Below, piece after piece: positions 58,342 through 64,000 of a DNA stretch of 64,000 bases. Position 1 is the stretch's first letter, and every line of letters begins with the position of its first letter. Source of the DNA: Patescibacteria group bacterium. GTDB lineage: Bacteria > Patescibacteriota > Microgenomatia > UBA8517. The position numbers and the translations under genes were made by a program. The DNA lies in NCBI GenBank assembly GCA_036381415.1, contig DASVCV010000007.1, positions 1,229-65,228 on the forward strand, given 5' to 3'. The notes beneath the pieces are model-generated. The model saw only the letters and a list, made by a program, of their open reading frames with translations, was not told the DNA's origin and did not search any database.

Positions 58342-60024
58342 ATGAAAATATCTTTTTCAGAATTACTTCAAAAATACCTATTATCTGTAGGAATTAATAA
58401 GATGTATGGAATTGTGGGAAGAGAAGACGCTATTTTGTCATTTAATACACTAAAGGATTTTGAATTTGTATTAACTCGACATGAGATGACAGCGGGAGTT
58501 ATGGCAAGTGCTATCTCAAGCTTTACAAAAAGTCCACAAGTTTGTTTTGGAACATTAGGGCCTGGTATTACAAATTACATGACCGCGCTTGCAACAGCAA
58601 CCATGGATCGCCACCCTTTAGTTTTAATCGTGGCTCAAATGGAAACGCCATATATTATTCATAATGACATGCATCAATGCCTTGACAATGTTTCTATTGC
58701 AAAACCACTTGCTAAATATACCTATGAACTCAAAAGTCCAAAAGAACTCAAGACCGTTCTTGAGTCAGCATTTAAAGCATCGATGACTTTTCCTTTCGGT
58801 CCTTCAGTTATATCGGTACCAATTGACATCTTATCTGCTGACATAGAAATTGACCCCAAGTCAGAAATGAACCTAAACAAAGAATCAATTCTACCTTCCA
58901 CTGCTGAAGATTCAAATGTTGAGGAAATGATAAAAGAAGCAGCTAAAATCATAAAATACAGCAAAAATCCTTTAATTATAGCTGGCAATCTGGTAATTAA
59001 AGAAAAAGGATTGGGAAAGAAAATAAATGAATTTTCAAAAAGCACAAATATTCCTATGGTTACAACTTACTCAGCTAAAGGAATCATTGATAGGAATTCA
59101 AAATTAAATTATGGAGTACTAAGCTCTTATACCGATTCAGTCGTCGAACAGAGAGTTAATGAAATGATCTTTGATAAAGTAGATACAATTATCTTTTTAG
59201 GTTATGACTTATGTGAAAGACATCCTTTTGTTTGGACTAGTAATAGTGTGCCTAAAACTTTTATAAACATAAATCAATATCACAATAATATCCACAGAGC
59301 ATTAAATCCAAAAGTTAATGTAATTATGAAACTGGACAAAAGTCTATCTTTATTAAAACATCAATTAAAAGGCTATAAGAATAAAAAACTAGTCGATATG
59401 ACCAAAGTAAACAAAAAAATCGATAGTTTATTGGCAGATAAGACTGAATATAAGAACGGTATAACCCACCCTCAAGTCATGAATGCTTTGAATAATCATT
59501 ATAAAAGTGGATTTATATTAGCAAATGACATTGGGATGCATAGACACTTATCAAGTATCTTTTTTAAGAGTGCTAACCCAGAATATTATGTAACCTCAGA
59601 AGGTTTATCGTCATTTGGAACGGGTTTGGCTTTGGGTATGGGAGCCAAAATCGCAAACCCAACAAAACCTGTTGTAATGATCGCGGGCGATGGTGGATTT
59701 CATTCTAATGACGGTGACATTGAGACTGCGGTTAGGCTTGGTCTAAAGATGCTAATAATAGTTTTAAATAGCGGATCAAACGCATTAATTGAACGATATC
59801 AACTAAAAGGAAAGTATCAAAAAATAAATAAGAAAAACACATCGTTTGGTAAGGTAGACTTTGCTCTTCTTGCAAAAGCTAATGGATGTGAATCAGGAAT
59901 AGCCCACAACATAAAAGAATTAAACAAACTAATTGAAAAGGCTGATAAAATTAATGGCCCATTTCTTATCGAAGTACCAATTCATTACCCAAATCACTAC
60001 ACAAACGATCTTCCTAAAATATGA
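58342..60024 (+). CDS. ThDP-dependent enzyme, N2-(2-carboxyethyl)arginine synthase (CEAS)-like
   Basis: GIVGRE, VLTRHE, TLGPG.TN, ND.HQCLD, TTY.AKG, DIG..RH, TS.G.SSFG, GDGGFHSN, LIE.YQ, VDF..LA.ANG, PFLIEVP. Confidence 0.85.
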   Translation: MKISFSELLQKYLLSVGINKMYGIVGREDAILSFNTLKDFEFVLTRHEMTAGVMASAISSFTKSPQVCFGTLGPGITNYMTALATATMDRHPLVLIVAQMETPYIIHNDMHQCLDNVSIAKPLAKYTYELKSPKELKTVLESAFKASMTFPFGPSVISVPIDILSADIEIDPKSEMNLNKESILPSTAEDSNVEEMIKEAAKIIKYSKNPLIIAGNLVIKEKGLGKKINEFSKSTNIPMVTTYSAKGIIDRNSKLNYGVLSSYTDSVVEQRVNEMIFDKVDTIIFLGYDLCERHPFVWTSNSVPKTFININQYHNNIHRALNPKVNVIMKLDKSLSLLKHQLKGYKNKKLVDMTKVNKKIDSLLADKTEYKNGITHPQVMNALNNHYKSGFILANDIGMHRHLSSIFFKSANPEYYVTSEGLSSFGTGLALGMGAKIANPTKPVVMIAGDGGFHSNDGDIETAVRLGLKMLIIVLNSGSNALIERYQLKGKYQKINKKNTSFGKVDFALLAKANGCESGIAHNIKELNKLIEKADKINGPFLIEVPIHYPNHYTNDLPKI

Positions 60025-60025
60025 A

Positions 60026-60553
60026 ATGAAATTAGTAAGCCAAAAAGAAGTTTATAAAAAAGGTAGTATTATCCTAACCGAAAAAGTTTTCCGTTCAGGA
60101 GACAAAGAAATTACAAGAGTCTCTTTAAGTTTAGGAAAAAATACCGTACTGATTATTCCTATTGGTAGGGATGGTAATTTCTATCTTGGCCAACAAAAAA
60201 GAGCCGACAATAGCAATTCTGTTTTAGAATTTCCAAATGGAGGAATAGAAAAAGATGAACGGGAATTAGACGCAGCCAAAAGAGAGCTTTCCGAGGAACT
60301 CGGCCTGGAGGGCGATATGGAATATCTGGGTGAATTTCGACCCTTTGATAATTTAGTGGATTTGAAAGTAACTGTTTTTATATGTAGAAATGCGGAAGTA
60401 CAAGATGACGTTATAAGATTAAGGCCTGATTTCTATGAAAAGATTGAAAGAAAAAGATTCAATGAAAAAGAAATTTACAATTTAATAAAGGAAGGAAAAA
60501 TCAAACACTCATATTTTCTAAGCGCACTTAGTTTATATAATTCACAAAATTAG
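60026..60553 (+). CDS. Nudix hydrolase (ADP-ribose pyrophosphatase-like)
   Basis: Nudix box GGIEKDERELDAAKRELSEELGL. Start set at ATG 60026, 1 nt after the CEAS-like stop. Confidence 0.88.
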   Translation: MKLVSQKEVYKKGSIILTEKVFRSGDKEITRVSLSLGKNTVLIIPIGRDGNFYLGQQKRADNSNSVLEFPNGGIEKDERELDAAKRELSEELGLEGDMEYLGEFRPFDNLVDLKVTVFICRNAEVQDDVIRLRPDFYEKIERKRFNEKEIYNLIKEGKIKHSYFLSALSLYNSQN

Positions 60554-61674
60554 ATTAACTTTGGTATTTGATCTTCCATGAAGCCTATAAAACCTAAGGC
60601 GTTAAATACATCTTCGTAATTAAAATCTCCTCTAACTATTCCCAACGCCATAATCTTTGTCCAACGTATACACATCTCACCAACTAAGTCAGTTTTCTCT
60701 TTTTCTGAAAAATGTTCTGAATTAGCTTTATATCCATCTATAAAAGCTCTGGTTTTTTCAATGTTCAGTGAAGTTGCAATGGGTCTACGTAAAGTTGATG
60801 TGGCACCTGCATAGCTTAAACCGTCACAAAAAGAGAGAATTGCACCAGCAAGATCCCTTGTTCTCGGGCGAAAATTAACATTATCAAAATCATTCACAGC
60901 AATAACCTTACCCTGCTTATCATATACAAGATTAAAGGGTGCGTAATCGCCATGATTAACAATATAAGGTACGTCCCAATCTAGTTGGTCTTTATATCTG
61001 TCTACCAAAGACCGTAAAGCAGATATAGTTCTTCCTCTCCAAACGTCATTCTCTGCTCCTCTAAGCTGATCTGCCAAATCAACAAATTGCAATGCATCTT
61101 CACTTGCATGCAAATTGTGCGGATTAGAAAAACTAAATTCTTGCGACTGAGAATGCATTACACCTAATGCTTCACCAGCTCCTTGTACATCCAGTATGCT
61201 TCCGTTAAACATTCTTCCGTCTGTATATTCTGTAGTGAAAAAATATTTTTCACCGAGTCTTAAATACGAATCACCGGAAGTCGTTTGAATAATTCTTGGA
61301 ACAAAGCCAGTTCTTTCCGATAAAAATGCTTGAAATTGTGCTGATAGAGTAAGACTGTACGGAGTGCAACAATATCCTGGTTTCTCTTTAATAAAATATC
61401 TATTCTTTCCGTTATCTACAATTACTTTTCTACTTGTTGTAGAAAAAGCAGCAGATGAGTCACAGCTGATTATAGTACCCAATGAGTATTCATCAACTAA
61501 TATTTTAGCTAATGAATTACCGGGTCCTAACAGTATCATGTCTACTGAATTTAGATCTCTACCGTATACAGCAGGTCTTGTTTCTGTTGAGGCAGTAGTC
61601 GGCTGCATAACAACCACATCGTCTCCTTGAGAGCTTACAGATGCAGGTAATAATTTACTTTTATGTTCAACCAT
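60550..61674 (-). CDS. APH-like phosphotransferase B (paralog of A)
   Basis: TSRKV...FIKEKPGY and HGDYAPFNL...VNDFDN. Confidence 0.85.
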   Translation of the reverse strand: MVEHKSKLLPASVSSQGDDVVVMQPTTASTETRPAVYGRDLNSVDMILLGPGNSLAKILVDEYSLGTIISCDSSAAFSTTSRKVIVDNGKNRYFIKEKPGYCCTPYSLTLSAQFQAFLSERTGFVPRIIQTTSGDSYLRLGEKYFFTTEYTDGRMFNGSILDVQGAGEALGVMHSQSQEFSFSNPHNLHASEDALQFVDLADQLRGAENDVWRGRTISALRSLVDRYKDQLDWDVPYIVNHGDYAPFNLVYDKQGKVIAVNDFDNVNFRPRTRDLAGAILSFCDGLSYAGATSTLRRPIATSLNIEKTRAFIDGYKANSEHFSEKEKTDLVGEMCIRWTKIMALGIVRGDFNYEDVFNALGFIGFMEDQIPKLI

Positions 61675-61779
61675 AGTTTTACCGAATAACCGAAGTTTAG
61701 ATCAAAACCTGATCCTAAGTCAAACATTTTATAATAGCTAACTAATTGACTTTTTGTTCAAATGAATTAGAATATATCC

Positions 61780-61920
61780 ATAAGCGTTGATGTATTAACA
61801 CTACGGAGCTTGAGGAAGAAAAGTTTAAACACTTATTAGAACCTCGCAATAAATTAAGAACCAGCTTTTGGTGGCACCTCGATAAGGCCGAAGCACGCAA
61901 ATATAGGCGTGCTTTTTTAT
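61780..61920 (+). promoter_or_regulatory. Compact T-box leader of aspS
   Basis: TTGACT/TAGAAT promoter; GG-TGGCACC-TCG T-box (bulge at 61872-78); terminator AAGCACGC...GCGTGCTT-TTTT. Confidence 0.7.
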
Positions 61921-61935
61921 TGGTTTATTTAAAAT

Positions 61936-63348
61936 ATGAAAAGAACTTTAATCAAAGAAACAGTTAACGAAGTTGGCCGTAAAGTAAAACTTCAAGGGTG
62001 GATTAATGTTATACGTGATCACGGAAAAATAACCTTTATTGACCTGAGAGATAGAACTGGGATCATACAGTGTGTGGGAAAAGATTTACCCAAATTAAAT
62101 GCAGAGGATGTAGTTGAGATAACTGGAAAAGTAAGTGAACGACCGGAAAAACTGGTCAATAAAGAATTAGAAACTGGAAAAGTCGAACTGCAAATTGAAG
62201 AAGTAAAGGTTGTAAGTAAAGCAAAAGAATTGCCTTTTCCAATTGATACTGATGGATACGAACTTGATGAAGAGTTAAGAAATAAATACCGTTATCTTGA
62301 TTTAAGAAGACCAAGAATGGCCAGAAATATTCGTATAAGGTCAAAGGTTACACAGTTTATGAGAAATTGGTTAACAAAGCGTGACTTTGTAGAAATAGAA
62401 ACACCTATTCTAACCAAGACAACACCTGAAGGAGCAAGAGATTTTTTGGTTCCATCCCGACTTCAACATGGTAAATTTTATGCTCTTCCTCAATCTCCAC
62501 AACAATATAAACAACTTTTAATGGTTGCTGGATTTGAAAAGTACTTTCAGTTGGCTAGAGTTTTTCGAGATGAAGATCCGAGGAAAGATCGCGCATATGG
62601 TGAATTTACACAACTTGACATTGAAATGTCGTTTGTAAGTCAAGAAGATATTTTACAGATGGCTGAACAGTTATTTACAGAATTGGTAAACGAGATTTTT
62701 CCTGAAAAAAGAATTCAAAAATCTCCATGGCCGAGAATTTCCCACAAAGAAGCAAAAGAAAAATACGGCAACGATAAGCCTGATTTACGAGAGGATAAAA
62801 ATGATCCAAATGAGTTGGCGTTTTGTTGGGTAATTGATTTTCCGCTCTTTACAGAACAGACAAAAGACGATTTCTTCCACGGATCCGGAAAAGCTAAATG
62901 GGCTCCATCTCATCATATGTTTACAGCCCCTCATCCAGACGACATAAAGCTTTTGGACACCAATCCTGGTAAAGTTCGGGGTCTACAACACGATATGGTA
63001 TTAAACGGCTTTGAGGTAGGTGGGGGAAGTGTTAGGATTCATGATTCAAAAGTACAAACTAAAATATTTGATTTAATAGGCTTTTCAGAGAAACAAAAAC
63101 ATGAATTTGAGCATATGTTAAATGCTTTTACTTACGGGGTTCCTCCCCATGGTGGAATTGCCCCCGGGCTTGATAGATTTATGATGACCGTATTAGGTGA
63201 ACCTAGTGTCCGTGAAGTAATGGCCTATCCGACATCTTCTTCTGGCCAGGTTTCTGTTATGGATGCACCTAGTGAAGCAACTGAAGGACAATTGAAAGAA
63301 TTGGGAATTAAAGTAGACAAGAAAGACAAGAAAAAGACTAATGATTAA
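61936..63348 (+). CDS. aspS: Aspartyl-tRNA synthetase, short form without GAD insert, probably non-discriminating
   Basis: RDHG, RYLDLR, TPEGARDF, LPQSPQ, FRDED, HHMFTAP, PPHGGIAPGLDR. Confidence 0.95.
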   Translation: MKRTLIKETVNEVGRKVKLQGWINVIRDHGKITFIDLRDRTGIIQCVGKDLPKLNAEDVVEITGKVSERPEKLVNKELETGKVELQIEEVKVVSKAKELPFPIDTDGYELDEELRNKYRYLDLRRPRMARNIRIRSKVTQFMRNWLTKRDFVEIETPILTKTTPEGARDFLVPSRLQHGKFYALPQSPQQYKQLLMVAGFEKYFQLARVFRDEDPRKDRAYGEFTQLDIEMSFVSQEDILQMAEQLFTELVNEIFPEKRIQKSPWPRISHKEAKEKYGNDKPDLREDKNDPNELAFCWVIDFPLFTEQTKDDFFHGSGKAKWAPSHHMFTAPHPDDIKLLDTNPGKVRGLQHDMVLNGFEVGGGSVRIHDSKVQTKIFDLIGFSEKQKHEFEHMLNAFTYGVPPHGGIAPGLDRFMMTVLGEPSVREVMAYPTSSSGQVSVMDAPSEATEGQLKELGIKVDKKDKKKTND

Positions 63349-64000
63349 TAATTCGAATTAGTTGTTTTTCTTTTTTAATATCAATCTCCACCGTTCCACC
63401 AATCGGAAAAGTAATTTTAGGATCAGTATGTCCAAAGTCTACATTTGCAACAATAGGCATAAGGTCCAATTCTTTTTTTGTTTTTATTATCTTTACAAGT
63501 AAATCGCTGGACATTTTACTTTCGTTTTGAAATCTTCCTATTATTAATCCTTTTACCCCGTCAAATCCCGGTTGATGAATTAAAGATTGCAAATCTCTAT
63601 CAAAATGTTTAGAATCAGATTCGGAGTCGTCCTCTACAAAAATAATTGAATCTTTCAAATTAGGCATATACTCAGTCCCTTGCAAAAGATTAAAGGTATT
63701 AAGATTTCCGCCAATAATATTTCCTTCTGTCTTTTCGCCCTCATTAATAACTAAAAATCCGTCATTACCAATAAGTTTTCGGTCATTTTGATTCTTATAC
63801 CACATATCATCACTCCACTGATTACTAGAAGTTATATCAAAAGGCTTAGTCTCAAAAAGACACTTCTTGAAATAATCAAGTGTGTAATCAAAATAAAGTT
63901 TTTGGCCGAATGAAGAATAATGTGGACCATAATATGTCATTAAACCTGACTTAACCAAAAATGCATTATTGAGAATAGTTACGTCTGAATATCCACAAAA
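63338..64000 (-). CDS. S66 peptidase (LD-carboxypeptidase/MccF family), 5'-truncated by window edge
   Basis: Frame is open to the window end. Contains GYSD (Ser), GGNL, FVED (Glu), DFGHT (His). Confidence 0.88.
   Translation of the reverse strand, partial: FCGYSDVTILNNAFLVKSGLMTYYGPHYSSFGQKLYFDYTLDYFKKCLFETKPFDITSSNQWSDDMWYKNQNDRKLIGNDGFLVINEGEKTEGNIIGGNLNTFNLLQGTEYMPNLKDSIIFVEDDSESDSKHFDRDLQSLIHQPGFDGVKGLIIGRFQNESKMSSDLLVKIIKTKKELDLMPIVANVDFGHTDPKITFPIGGTVEIDIKKEKQLIRIINH

Larger units (their letters stand above)
55015..64000. mobile_element. Putative genomic island downstream of tRNA-Gly(TCC); right end not seen
   Basis: Adjacent to a tRNA, accessory metabolic genes, and visibly more CpG than the core. 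No integrase in the window. Confidence 0.45.

Noticed and set aside
58342-60024. Acetolactate synthase (ilvB) annotation
   Set aside because: The motifs match CEAS rather than ALS, and no ilv genes are nearby.
55249-61674. Clavulanic acid/clavam cluster
   Set aside because: No beta-lactam synthetase, amidinohydrolase or clavaminate synthase in the window.

Overview
AT-rich (by eye), gene-dense bacterial chromosome segment using genetic code 11 (TGA is used as stop). It looks like a Patescibacteria/CPR genome, probably Microgenomates; this is inferred from the complete type IV pilus locus without PilQ, the shortened ThrRS, PheT, trigger factor and AspRS, and an archaeal-type DRG GTPase. Positions 1-54.7 kb are core genome: typA, ppa, gyrB, the pil operon, rpsP/rnc/nusB/rpmF/recG/tyrS, PBP1A, thrS-infC-rpmI-rplT-pheST, tig, a LexA-like/DinB cassette and pyrG. 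The window holds 14 tRNA genes. Two features stand out. (1) Downstream of tRNA-Gly(TCC), from about 55.0 kb, an apparently foreign island encodes a close homolog of N2-(2-carboxyethyl)arginine synthase (CEAS, the entry enzyme of clavam/clavulanate biosynthesis). With it are an anticodon-less AsnRS-like adenylating enzyme, a SAM methyltransferase, two paralogous APH-like kinases and a Nudix hydrolase, followed by aspS and an MccF-like S66 peptidase. This is a candidate small-molecule biosynthetic system in a lineage thought to make almost nothing. (2) Two free-standing LAGLIDADG-type ORFs abut or overlap tRNA genes. One reads straight through a tRNA-Leu with a rare A34 anticodon (AAG), the only tRNA gene here with an encoded CCA. 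Other signals: compact T-box leaders (thrS, aspS), a Phe-rich leader-peptide attenuator for pheST, a second attenuator of the same design, a candidate sRNA, C74-only tRNA 3' ends and widespread leaderless-looking genes. All family assignments come from motif recognition by eye; no searches were run.
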